Positions 44,003 to 53,388 of a stretch of DNA of 64,000 nt are shown here, in pieces (position 1 is the stretch's first letter; each line of letters opens with the position of its first letter). Position numbers and translations under genes: made by a program. Source of the DNA: Colwellia polaris. GTDB lineage: Archaea > Nanohalarchaeota > Nanosalinia > Nanosalinales > Nanosalinaceae. The stretch covers positions 1 through 64,000 of the forward strand of contig JBLGBK010000002.1 of assembly GCA_047617785.1 (NCBI GenBank), given 5' to 3'. The notes beneath the pieces are model-generated. The model had not been told where the DNA came from. It ran no database searches and saw only the letters and a list, made by a program, of their open reading frames with translations.

Positions 44003-44994
44003 AACATTCCTCCGGAATCATCGTTTCCGCTTCCGAAGAAGTTGTCATTATGTCTGACATTTAATCCCAGTCCGCCTTCTATTGTCATTGGTGCGATCTT
44101 CTCTTCAAAGTTAGTACCACGCATCTTGTAAATCTGTATTCCGCGTGAGCTCTGCTGCTTGTACATAAGGATTACTCCATCAGCTAGGAACTCTGCATGG
44201 CCTGTTTCAGTAATCTGATCCGGTATAGTCTGAGATTCAGCAATTACAAAGGATGTAACACCAATATCGCGGAAGAGATCGAACAGTTCTCTAACATATA
44301 GCCTGTAGTTCTTGGACTTTTCTGAAAAGCCTGCTGAGATAGCTGATAGTGAGTCAACGATTACACGGTCGAAGGATTCTTCATCCTCATCTAGATCGCC
44401 AAACATCAGCGGTTTAGTATCGATTTCGAGCTCTCCGCTCTGTTTCTTGAACAACGCTTCTACTGTACGGGATACGTCGAACGGGTCGTACGTTTCAATT
44501 ACTAAATTGCCGTCATCAACGTGCTTCTGCCCGTCCCAGCCGAAGTCTTCCATGTGGCTAATTAAAGCGTCTGGCGATTCCTCGAAGCTCATGAATAGTA
44601 CTTTTTCGCCGTTTTCAGCAGCATGGTTGGCCATATGAAGGTTGAATATTGATTTACCCGATCCTGGGTTTCCTGCGATTAATGTAACGTTCCGCTTTCT
44701 TATTCCATCGCCGAAGAGATTATCGATTCCGTTTATACCTGTACGGAGATAGTTTTCTTTCTTGCCTGCTGATATTCCGTCGTCATCTTCCTCGGATGAG
44801 TTATCGCTTCCGTCGTCGTTGTTGAATTCTGACCATGGGTTCTCATCTTCAGAATCACTATCAACTTCTGAGTCTTCCTGCCATTCTCCGACTCTGTTCG
44901 GGTTAATATCTTCGTGTTTTGCGGAGACATGGGCTTTCAATGCTTTCAAAGTTGGAAAGTCATGGCCACATTTCTTACACTCCATGGTGTTCAT
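43999..44994 (-). CDS. KaiC/RAD55-like (COG0467) ATPase with an N-terminal C2H2 zinc finger
   Basis: CKKCGHDFPTLKALKAHVSAKH; TGINGIDNL, GNPGSGKS, SFEE, VIVDSL, ADGVI, KMRGT. Confidence 0.92.
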   Translation of the reverse strand: MNTMECKKCGHDFPTLKALKAHVSAKHEDINPNRVGEWQEDSEVDSDSEDENPWSEFNNDDGSDNSSEEDDDGISAGKKENYLRTGINGIDNLFGDGIRKRNVTLIAGNPGSGKSIFNLHMANHAAENGEKVLFMSFEESPDALISHMEDFGWDGQKHVDDGNLVIETYDPFDVSRTVEALFKKQSGELEIDTKPLMFGDLDEDEESFDRVIVDSLSAISAGFSEKSKNYRLYVRELFDLFRDIGVTSFVIAESQTIPDQITETGHAEFLADGVILMYKQQSSRGIQIYKMRGTNFEEKIAPMTIEGGLGLNVRHNDNFFGSGNDDSGGMF

Positions 44995-45101
44995 GATACA
45001 AATGCACCTGTTTCAAACTTAAAGTTTTCTTAAAACGGTTCAACAGCGCTTGAAACCAGAAAATTTAATAACAAGGAACTTACTGACTTCGTTATAGAAA
45101 C

Positions 45102-45656
45102 ATGGAATTTCCTGAAGAACTTGAAGAACTGGAAAGGGGAAAACCAGTATTTGTATCAACAGAGTCTCCTGATCTACGAGAACTTGTAAACACGCTTATA
45201 GAGAAAATTACAGAGGATGAAAAGCTTGTAGTGTATATAGGAAGTATTAAAACCAGTAAGAAAGTCAAAAGCATGCTGAAAGAAAGAGATATAGACCTGA
45301 AGAAGATTCTATTCTTCGACATGGCAACAAAGGTTACAGGCTCAGCTCCTGACGACGTGGAAAACACTGTATTCTTCGACCCTGAAGATATCAACCAGGT
45401 TAACATGCAACTCGACGACGCGGTAGACGCAGTACCAGAAGACCGAGAAGCCGTGATAGTATTCGACACAATATCAACACTGTCAATATACAACGATAAA
45501 GAAGTAATAATCAAGTTCTTGAAAAGCCTGAGTTCAAAGATGGATAACTGGGACGTATCCTCAGTTCTACTCGGAGTAGAGAGCGAAATGAGCGACGAAC
45601 TTACGGAGGCTGTGGAAGATTCTGTTGAAGAAACAATCGATGCAACCAGCGAATAG
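45102..45656 (+). CDS. Inactivated KaiC/RecA-fold protein (DUF835/DUF7504-like)
   Basis: Retains VVYI, ILFFD, VIVFDTISTL and IIKFL elements but has no Walker A; divergent from the KaiC-like gene. Confidence 0.7.
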   Translation: MEFPEELEELERGKPVFVSTESPDLRELVNTLIEKITEDEKLVVYIGSIKTSKKVKSMLKERDIDLKKILFFDMATKVTGSAPDDVENTVFFDPEDINQVNMQLDDAVDAVPEDREAVIVFDTISTLSIYNDKEVIIKFLKSLSSKMDNWDVSSVLLGVESEMSDELTEAVEDSVEETIDATSE

Positions 45657-45699
45657 AGAACCCGCTTTCTCAAAAGAATACACTGCAAAATAATTTCAT

Positions 45700-48600
45700 G
45701 TGAAAGTAGAAAACCTAGACCTACCTTCCAAGATAAAGGAAGACTACATAGATTCTGGCATAACTGAACTCAACCCTCCGCAGGAAAAGGCCGTAGACGC
45801 AGGGCTACTGGAAAATCAGGACATGATAGTTGCAGCGCCGACAGCATCCGGAAAGACATTTATCGCCGAGCTAGCAATGGTTGAGCAGGTTATCAAACAG
45901 AATAAAACAGCCGTCTACATCGTCCCACTGAAAGCACTTGCTTCCGAGAAGTATGAAGACTTCAAGGAAAGATACAGCAATCAAGAAGTCAAAATCTCAG
46001 TAGGAGACATGGACGACGAAGGAGAATACCTAGATACAGCAGATATCGTAGTAACCACTTCTGAAAAACTTGACTCAATGCTGAGACACAACCCTTCCTG
46101 GATCCACAACATCGGGCTAGTAGTAATCGACGAAATACATCTACTGACCTCACAGAACCGAGGTCCAACGCTCGAAGTAACAATAACGCGCCTACGAGAA
46201 CTTCTGGAATTCCAACTGCTTGGGCTCTCTGCCACCATATCAAATTCTGACGAACTTGCAAAATGGCTGAACGCAGAGCTAGTAGAGTCGGACTACCGAC
46301 CTGTAGAGCTGGAAGAAGCAGTATACGAAGGAAACGAACTCGAGTTCTACGACGAAGATGGCGGAGAGAAAGAGGTTTCCGATAGCTCTGATGAAAAGAT
46401 CGGAGCAGAAAAAAACGGAGACAGCGATATCAACTCCGCATTCCAGACCGGAACTGAAATGGCAGAAGAAGACGATGAAGAACGGTACGAACCTGTCAGA
46501 ACACAAGATATCCCGGATAAGCACAACAGCAAAGTTCAGAACATCCTGGCAGATACTTTAGAACAGGATAAACAGGGGATTGTATTCTGCTCCTCGCGTA
46601 AAGGCGCCGAAAAAAGCTCAGACCGCGTAGCTAAAGTAACAGAAGAGGATCTAACACGAGAGGAAAAAAGCAAATTAGACGAGTATGCAGAGATAATTGA
46701 AAACGTGCTTGGTTCTCCTACAGAACAATGCAAGCGATTAGCAGAGAACGTACGTAAAGGCTCAGCGTTCCACCACGCCGGACTTGTAAACCGCCAGCGA
46801 CAGGTGGTGGAGGAGGCATTCCGTGAAGGCTATATAAAATCTGTCTGCGCCACACCAACTCTCGCAGCCGGAGTAAACCTTCCCGCATTCAGAGTTATAA
46901 TACGCGACTTGAAGCGTTACACTGGCAACGGAATGGAGTTCATACCTGTCCTTGAATACGAGCAGATGTGTTTGCCGTATGATCAGAAAATCGTTTTGAG
47001 TGACGGTGAGAGGAGGAAAATTGGAGATATTGTTGAAGAGGAACAGGAGTTAGAGATTTTATCTTCTAATGATGGCGAAATTGAGTCCAAGAATATCACT
47101 GATTTCTTTTGTAGAGAAGCCGAGTTTTTGGAGATTAAGACGGAGACCGGCAGTGTAGAGGTTACCGAGAATCATCCTGTAAAGACTGACGAAGATTGGA
47201 AAGATGCTGGAGAACTGGAGGAAGGAGATAACTTGAAGCTGCTTCCAGATACCGTTAATTCAAGAAATCCTTTCTTCTTCGAACTGATGCCTGAAGAAGC
47301 CTATGTTAAAGATGCAGGAGGCATAATCGAAAAGTTCAAGAAGGAATTCGAGTTGACTGATGCAGAGGTTGCGGAAAAACTTGGCATCAGCAAATCAACC
47401 ATCTATCATTACAAAAAGAATAGGAAGGCCTGTCCTCTTGAAGGCGTACTGCAGGCCTGTGAAGAACTGGAGATAAGGAAATCTGAGATCGCCGATACCA
47501 TCAGCCTTGTGAAGAGCAGTTATGGGAATACTATTGATATACCAGAGAAGATTACGGAGAATTTCATGTGGCTTCTCGGGATAATTCTTACAGATGGAAA
47601 CCTGAACCGTACAGAAGACGGAAGAACAGGAAGCACTCACACAGCTATCCGTGTCTTCAACACTAATGAAGAGATTATAGAGAAAGCCAAATCAGCTTTC
47701 CGTGCTCTGGGACTTGAATGCTACGAAGAGGAAAGGGAAGAAGGAAAGTACAGGCTTGAAGTCGGGAACACCTTGCTCGCTCAGGTCATGAATGAAGTGT
47801 TCGATATACCTTACGGAGCAAAGTCCCAAGACACGAAGATTCCTGAGATAATCTTCAGCTTAAACGGTAATTTACAGGCAAGCTTCATAGAGGGACTTTT
47901 CGATGGAGATGGCTCATATTATGAAAATCAAGAGGAATACAAGCGTAGAATACATTTCTCCAGCTCCAGCGAGAAGTTTACAGAAGACCTACAGGAACTT
48001 CTGGCAGCTCACGGGGTAAAGTCCAGAATAGACTCTAAATTTGTAGAAAAAGTGGATTTCGGCGATGAAGAGTACGAAGTCAACAAAACCAGCTACTCGC
48101 TCAAAATCAGAAACAAAGACAGCGTTAACATACTGGCAGACTTGATTAACCCAGTAAAAGCAATTATAGAGCGGGAAGAATACAGCTCTTATCATAATTC
48201 AAACAATCACAGAAAAAAGGCTAAAGAACACACAGAAGTGCTGGAAATCCAGGAAAAAGGCAAAGAGAAAGTATATAATATCGAAGTAGAAGACAACCAC
48301 AACTACATAACCAGCAACAGAACATTGCTCCACAACTGCGGAAGAGCTGGAAGACCGAAATACGACGATAAAGGGGAAGCGATATCAATAGCAAAGAATC
48401 CTGGTATGACTTCTGAAATCGTCGACAGATATATTGCTGGCGAACCTGAGAGAATTCAGTCTAAGCTGGCTGTTGAACCGGTTCTAAGGATGCATACGCT
48501 GGCTTTGATCGCCTCCAATTTCTGTAATACGCATAAGGAGCTGCAGGATTTCTATAAGAAGACTTTCTACGCTCATCAGTACAGTGATATCGGTTCTGTG

Positions 48601-49365
48601 GAGCAGAAGATCAGCAAGGTAGTTGATCAGCTGAGAGAGTACGAGTTCCTGAAGGAGGAAAAGTTCGAGGCTACACCTCTCGGAAGACGTGTATCGGAGC
48701 TGTACATCGACCCTGATTCTGCTAACCTGATACTTGAATCGCTGGAGAAGGCTGAGGAGAAAAGTACGAAGCCGATATCCTACCTATTCATGATGTGTCA
48801 TACCAGCGAGCTGCAGCCTCGATTAAATGTGAACGCGAAAGAGGAGAGCGACTACGCTAAGGCTCTGGATGATGCAGAAGAGTATATTCTTGAGCAGGTA
48901 CCGAACGAATGGGATGTCGAGTATGAGATGTTCCTTGAAGTGATGAAGACTGCGATGATGTTGAACGCCTGGATTGATGAAAGCGATGAGCAGGAGATTG
49001 TGGATCGCTTCAACACGGCGCCGGGCGGCATCAGAGCGAAAGTCAGTAACGCCGACTGGTTGCTGTATGCCTCTAAGGAGTTAGCAAACATGAAGGAGCT
49101 GGAAACAGGTGAGATCGAGAAGCTTCGGGTACGTCTCAAGCACGGAATCAAAGAAGAACTTCTTTCACTTGTTCAATACGACCAGATCGGAAGAGTTAGA
49201 GCCCGAAAACTGCATGACTACGGCATTCGTGACGCCGAGAATATTCGAGAAACTGATTTCGAGAAGCTGAAGAAGTTGATCGGCGAGAAAACGGCACGTA
49301 AACTGAAGAAACAGGTAGGTCAGGAAAACATCTTCGATCGCGAAAACATCATGGATTATTTCTAG
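45700..49365 (+). CDS. hel308: Ski2-like SF2 helicase Hel308/Hjm, intein-containing
   Basis: APTASGKT, PLKALASEK, IDEIH, LSAT, HHAGL, TPTLAAGVNLP, QM|CGRAGRP, IGRVRARKL. Confidence 0.95.
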   Translation: MKVENLDLPSKIKEDYIDSGITELNPPQEKAVDAGLLENQDMIVAAPTASGKTFIAELAMVEQVIKQNKTAVYIVPLKALASEKYEDFKERYSNQEVKISVGDMDDEGEYLDTADIVVTTSEKLDSMLRHNPSWIHNIGLVVIDEIHLLTSQNRGPTLEVTITRLRELLEFQLLGLSATISNSDELAKWLNAELVESDYRPVELEEAVYEGNELEFYDEDGGEKEVSDSSDEKIGAEKNGDSDINSAFQTGTEMAEEDDEERYEPVRTQDIPDKHNSKVQNILADTLEQDKQGIVFCSSRKGAEKSSDRVAKVTEEDLTREEKSKLDEYAEIIENVLGSPTEQCKRLAENVRKGSAFHHAGLVNRQRQVVEEAFREGYIKSVCATPTLAAGVNLPAFRVIIRDLKRYTGNGMEFIPVLEYEQMCLPYDQKIVLSDGERRKIGDIVEEEQELEILSSNDGEIESKNITDFFCREAEFLEIKTETGSVEVTENHPVKTDEDWKDAGELEEGDNLKLLPDTVNSRNPFFFELMPEEAYVKDAGGIIEKFKKEFELTDAEVAEKLGISKSTIYHYKKNRKACPLEGVLQACEELEIRKSEIADTISLVKSSYGNTIDIPEKITENFMWLLGIILTDGNLNRTEDGRTGSTHTAIRVFNTNEEIIEKAKSAFRALGLECYEEEREEGKYRLEVGNTLLAQVMNEVFDIPYGAKSQDTKIPEIIFSLNGNLQASFIEGLFDGDGSYYENQEEYKRRIHFSSSSEKFTEDLQELLAAHGVKSRIDSKFVEKVDFGDEEYEVNKTSYSLKIRNKDSVNILADLINPVKAIIEREEYSSYHNSNNHRKKAKEHTEVLEIQEKGKEKVYNIEVEDNHNYITSNRTLLHNCGRAGRPKYDDKGEAISIAKNPGMTSEIVDRYIAGEPERIQSKLAVEPVLRMHTLALIASNFCNTHKELQDFYKKTFYAHQYSDIGSVEQKISKVVDQLREYEFLKEEKFEATPLGRRVSELYIDPDSANLILESLEKAEEKSTKPISYLFMMCHTSELQPRLNVNAKEESDYAKALDDAEEYILEQVPNEWDVEYEMFLEVMKTAMMLNAWIDESDEQEIVDRFNTAPGGIRAKVSNADWLLYASKELANMKELETGEIEKLRVRLKHGIKEELLSLVQYDQIGRVRARKLHDYGIRDAENIRETDFEKLKKLIGEKTARKLKKQVGQENIFDRENIMDYF
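46969..48336 (+). mobile_element. Intein (456 aa) with LAGLIDADG homing endonuclease and an HTH, inserted in helicase motif VI
   Basis: Starts CLPYD; block B VTENHP; LLGIILTDG and FIEGLFDGDG; block F VYNIEV; ends HN followed by Cys(+1). Confidence 0.96.
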
Positions 49366-49907
49366 TTCTGATTATCGAAGAGATATGCAGTATCACTAAA
49401 TGAACCAAAGTCCATATCGAATACTTCAGGTCTTCCAGGTGCATCAACTGCACCATAGAAAGAAGCCTTGTCAAGCAAGATATCCGCCTCAACTTCTTCC
49501 GGATGATCCCACCATTTACCTTCAGTTTCAAGACCCTCTTCGCTAATTTCTTTATGAGTAGGTATATCCTCCCCGTAATCAGGCGAGGCTTCGAAACCTA
49601 GAGCTACAAAAAGCGCATCACCTTCTACAGACTCATTTATCTCTGCTATAGAGTCATAATCTGCGACATGGTATGCCTCTCGGGAAGGAAGCCTGTCATA
49701 TACAGAATCTACACTCTCTTTCAGAGCATTCTCATATCTTTCAACGCCATAAGCAGCTACAACAATATCGTAATTATCAAGAACCTCTTGAGGAGTAGCC
49801 ATACCAGAATAAGAATCGTTTAGAGCATTTATAACCTCATCAAAGCTGCTAATCTCGTTTTCTATTCTTAGTTCATCGTCAGAGCCGGAAGGGGATGTTG
49901 AAGCCAC
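49362..49907 (-). CDS. Acidic hypothetical protein
   Basis: 181 aa with halophile-type composition; no recognised motif. Confidence 0.65.
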   Translation of the reverse strand: MASTSPSGSDDELRIENEISSFDEVINALNDSYSGMATPQEVLDNYDIVVAAYGVERYENALKESVDSVYDRLPSREAYHVADYDSIAEINESVEGDALFVALGFEASPDYGEDIPTHKEISEEGLETEGKWWDHPEEVEADILLDKASFYGAVDAPGRPEVFDMDFGSFSDTAYLFDNQN

Positions 49908-49954
49908 ATCTAAAACTGTGAAAAACTTTTTTAAAAATTTTCTGATTGGCAGAG

Positions 49955-50806
49955 TTATCCTTCTAGATGCGACTCAAGTCGTTCGATCAGTTCCCTGTTC
50001 CCTACATGTACAGGAGTTCTCTCATGTATATGCTCCGGTTCTTTCTCCAGAATAGATCTCTCGCCGTCAGAAGAAGCGCCTCCCGCATTATGGAATATGT
50101 GTGCCATCGGATTCGCCTCAAAGATAAGTCTCAGCTTTCCTTCCGGCCGCTCTTCTAGATGCGGATAGGAGAACATACCCCCATGCTTGAGTATCTGTTT
50201 TGTATCTCCTACAAACGCTCCTCCATACCTTAGCTTCATTTCTTGACGTATCTCATCCGCGAAAGAAGCGAAATCACTTGTCCAGCGATCATCACCGCCT
50301 CCAAAGCCGTAAACCTTTGGCTCCGGAAGCTCCAATCCCTCATTTAGAGTGTGAATCTTTACACCATCTCGATGATCTTCTATAACATGCTCATGGACTT
50401 GATCATCTTTTGAACGTATAGCTGTAGTTAAAGGACCATATACGATGTAGAATGCAGAGGTTATCGTATGCCCAGGTGCTGGAAGCTCTTCGTTGTATAT
50501 TGCGACTATTGTTCCGGTTAGATTGTTGGACTTGACGTTTGAGGATCCGTCGAGAGGATCAACAGTCACTGATACACCCTCCCCACATTCTATAACATCT
50601 TCTTCCTCTTCACTTGCAAACTGTCCAACACCTTCTAGAGCGGTCAGACGCTCTTTCAGAAGTCGGTTTGCGTGGAGATCGGCTTCCAGTTGTTCCTCTC
50701 CAGAAGAGTTTTCTTCACCTACTCCTTCTCGGCGTCTAAGCATGCCTGAAGAGATTTCCGGAGCAGTGCGTGCAACTTCCTCGAATATACGGTCCTCTAT
50801 AGTCAT
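49955..50806 (-). CDS. fbp: Fructose-1,6-bisphosphatase class I
   Basis: ASEEE, DPLDGSSN, LRYGGAFVGD, GKLRLIFEANPMA. Confidence 0.96.
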   Translation of the reverse strand: MTIEDRIFEEVARTAPEISSGMLRRREGVGEENSSGEEQLEADLHANRLLKERLTALEGVGQFASEEEEDVIECGEGVSVTVDPLDGSSNVKSNNLTGTIVAIYNEELPAPGHTITSAFYIVYGPLTTAIRSKDDQVHEHVIEDHRDGVKIHTLNEGLELPEPKVYGFGGGDDRWTSDFASFADEIRQEMKLRYGGAFVGDTKQILKHGGMFSYPHLEERPEGKLRLIFEANPMAHIFHNAGGASSDGERSILEKEPEHIHERTPVHVGNRELIERLESHLEG

Positions 50807-50810
50807 TTTT

Positions 50811-51623
50811 CTAAAGCACGTCTTCAGGACTCTGATCCTCGAAAATTACTTTGTTCAGCTTGTTAAGCAATTCTTCAGGGTTTTCTCTCTGGAAGATGTT
50901 TCTTCCTACAGCCAGCCCATTTCCTCCTGCCTGTACAACATCATGGACGTCCGAAAGGAAGTCTTTGTCGCTGGCTTTGCTTCCACCACTCATGATAGCT
51001 TTCATCTCACCAGTGACGTCCATAACCTGTTTCCAGCCTTCATGCGAACCAGGGTACTTGCATTTAACCATGTCTGCCCCCAGCTCCAAACCGATTCGTG
51101 CCGCATAGGATATCACACTAGGATCTGTATCTCCGCCATACTCCTGGTTACCTTCGATCCCATGACCTCTTGGATATGCCCACATTACTACAGGTACGCC
51201 GTATCGGTGTGCTTCTTCCTGTACTCTGCGGAATTCTTCTGCCATATCAGCCTCGTAGTCGCTACCCGCGTACATCGTGTAGCCTACTGCATCAGCTCCT
51301 AACTCCTCTACCGCATACTGTACTGAGCAGTTAAGAGGTGAGAAGTGATCCTGCGGCTCCCAAAGATTTGATGTCCCGTTCAGTTTTACGAGAAGGTTTA
51401 CTTCATCCTCATATTCCGGATAGTATGTTTCTGCTAGGCCTTTCTGTACTGCGACCGCAGTTACTGCATCGTGTTTCGCGACCTTGAATACATGTCTTGG
51501 GTCGGCACTTTTTGGCTGCGGTTCAAAGTCAGTTGGCCCATGCTCCAATCCATGGTCATATGCCACTATTAGTGAGTTTCCGTCTCGAGTTATAGAAGAA
51601 TCTTCTAGAGCTTTCTCTTTCAT
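50811..51623 (-). CDS. fbaB: Class I fructose-bisphosphate aldolase (DhnA/FbaB type)
   Basis: AYDHGLEHGP, WAYPRG, ELGADMVK, SGG, AVGRNIFQ. Confidence 0.95.
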   Translation of the reverse strand: MKEKALEDSSITRDGNSLIVAYDHGLEHGPTDFEPQPKSADPRHVFKVAKHDAVTAVAVQKGLAETYYPEYEDEVNLLVKLNGTSNLWEPQDHFSPLNCSVQYAVEELGADAVGYTMYAGSDYEADMAEEFRRVQEEAHRYGVPVVMWAYPRGHGIEGNQEYGGDTDPSVISYAARIGLELGADMVKCKYPGSHEGWKQVMDVTGEMKAIMSGGSKASDKDFLSDVHDVVQAGGNGLAVGRNIFQRENPEELLNKLNKVIFEDQSPEDVL

Positions 51624-51721
51624 ATTACGAAGTATTACCTTTCACAGTTTTTAACCTTCCGGCCGACAAAAAATGCTCACCCCGTTAAAGTAAAAACCAG
51701 AGGCACAGAATAGTCTCTTGT

Positions 51722-52216
51722 ATGAAACTGCAACTGAAGTACTTTCAGAATTTAGATCACACATGGTCTGAAAGACTTCATGACTTCGATCACAATCTAC
51801 TTCACAGTTTTTTCCAGGTGTACACCAATCTAGGTTCTCTACACTTCACAGCACTTCTATCCCTATTTATCGCGCATCTAGGGTACTTCACCCTCCTGAT
51901 AGATCTTCTTATTGCTGTAGGTATATCAGCCGGAGTTACAGAGATACTCAAATTAGTTTTCAAGAGGAAGCGGCCTGAAAATAGAGATCAAGATATTGTC
52001 GTATTGCAGAACCTTTCATTTCCCTCTGGACACTCGGCATATGCTTTTGCAACCAGTATAGCCCTCATGACAATCCCTAGCATGAGTGTTCTTCCGGTTC
52101 TTGTAGCCACACTTGTAGCGTTTTCAAGAGTATATCTTGGTCAGCATTACCTCTCCGATGTATTAGCTGGCGCCACCATTGGAACTCTTGTAAGTTACAT
52201 CGTAGTTGTTATGTAA
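51722..52216 (+). CDS. PAP2-family membrane phosphatase
   Basis: K..FKRKRP, SFPSGHS, SRVYLGQHYLSD. Confidence 0.93.
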   Translation: MKLQLKYFQNLDHTWSERLHDFDHNLLHSFFQVYTNLGSLHFTALLSLFIAHLGYFTLLIDLLIAVGISAGVTEILKLVFKRKRPENRDQDIVVLQNLSFPSGHSAYAFATSIALMTIPSMSVLPVLVATLVAFSRVYLGQHYLSDVLAGATIGTLVSYIVVVM

Positions 52217-52261
52217 ATGAGGAAAGGGTCAAAAGATTTCACGCCTGAAAACTGTAATATT

Positions 52262-52828
52262 ATGAGCAGAAAAGAATCTGACAGCAAACTGGAAATAGGC
52301 GACGACGCACCCGAATTCGAGCTTGAGGACTATAAGGGAGAACACGTTGCTTTAAGCGACTTGGAAAACTTTGACGGCGTGCTTGTAGTATTCATGTGCA
52401 ATCACTGTCCATACGTTCAGACACAGGTAAATGAAATCAAACAACTAGCAGAAGACTTCCCTTCACTTGCTATTGTGGGGGTAAACGCAAATGTAGAGAC
52501 ACACCCCATGGATAGCTTTGAGAAGATGAGTGATTTTATAGAAGGAAAAGAACTCGCTCTACCAAACTTCTACTATCTCGCAGACTCAGAACAGGAAGTA
52601 GCAGAAAGCTACGGCGCCAAATGCACACCTGACCCATTTCTACTCGACTACCGGCACAAGCTGTTCTACCATGGGAAACTAAACGATAAGGAAGGCTCAG
52701 AAGACGAACCAGAAGAACGCTACATGAAAGAAGCTGTACAGAAGATGCTGAAAAGAAAAGAACCGCCGACAGAGCAGCCACCAAGCGTCGGATGCAGCAT
52801 AAAATGGAAAGACACGGTGAGTAATTAA
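52262..52828 (+). CDS. Thioredoxin-fold redoxin (AhpC/TSA-like)
   Basis: APEFEL, FMCNHCPYV, YGAKCTPD, GCSIKW. Confidence 0.9.
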   Translation: MSRKESDSKLEIGDDAPEFELEDYKGEHVALSDLENFDGVLVVFMCNHCPYVQTQVNEIKQLAEDFPSLAIVGVNANVETHPMDSFEKMSDFIEGKELALPNFYYLADSEQEVAESYGAKCTPDPFLLDYRHKLFYHGKLNDKEGSEDEPEERYMKEAVQKMLKRKEPPTEQPPSVGCSIKWKDTVSN

Positions 52829-53388
52829 TGAATTTTCAAATAAAGCCTGATGAACACGATTTTAGAGATGCAAAAGATACTGTAGAAAGCACACTTGAAA
52901 CCTGCCAGTACACCCTTGAACGTGAAGAAAATTTCGAAGTAAATATAGGCTCCTATCCAGGAAAGCGGGGTGCCCGTGGGCTGGCTGAAGCTTTCAACTT
53001 GCAGATCTACTTCAACCCTGATGTTGAAGGTTGGCAGGATGAGCTTCGGCAGGTTGTACAGAATTACTATGCCAAATCCTGGTTTTACGAGAAGCATGAT
53101 CCTGCATTTTTCTGGGAAGAAGTTCTCGCCTCAAGTCTAGGATTAATGTTCTTGGAAGAAGCTGGTTTCGATCGGAAACCGGAAGAAGTTGAGTCAGCAC
53201 AGGCAGAATGGGAAGATAAGAAAGACCTACTTCCGGAAGAGGTTTTTAATGTTCGCACAGAGTTCTCCTGGCAGCTGAACTGGTTAATCGGCAAACAAAT
53301 ACTGGAAAAACACGATTTAGAAGATTTTGCCGAGTTAACGAAAAAGGATGTCGTCAAAGCCGGAGACAGTATAGGCGAGGTAATGTGA
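52828..53388 (+). CDS. Hypothetical protein, possibly an inactive DUF2268-like zincin
   Basis: Layout recalls DUF2268 (G..G, helix, E.V...GL..F, late W..G) but there is no HExxH. Confidence 0.5.
   Translation: MNFQIKPDEHDFRDAKDTVESTLETCQYTLEREENFEVNIGSYPGKRGARGLAEAFNLQIYFNPDVEGWQDELRQVVQNYYAKSWFYEKHDPAFFWEEVLASSLGLMFLEEAGFDRKPEEVESAQAEWEDKKDLLPEEVFNVRTEFSWQLNWLIGKQILEKHDLEDFAELTKKDVVKAGDSIGEVM

Noticed and set aside
43999-44994. Circadian clock KaiC
   Set aside because: Single domain, no Ser-Thr at the canonical phosphosite position (AEFLAD), and no kaiA/kaiB nearby.
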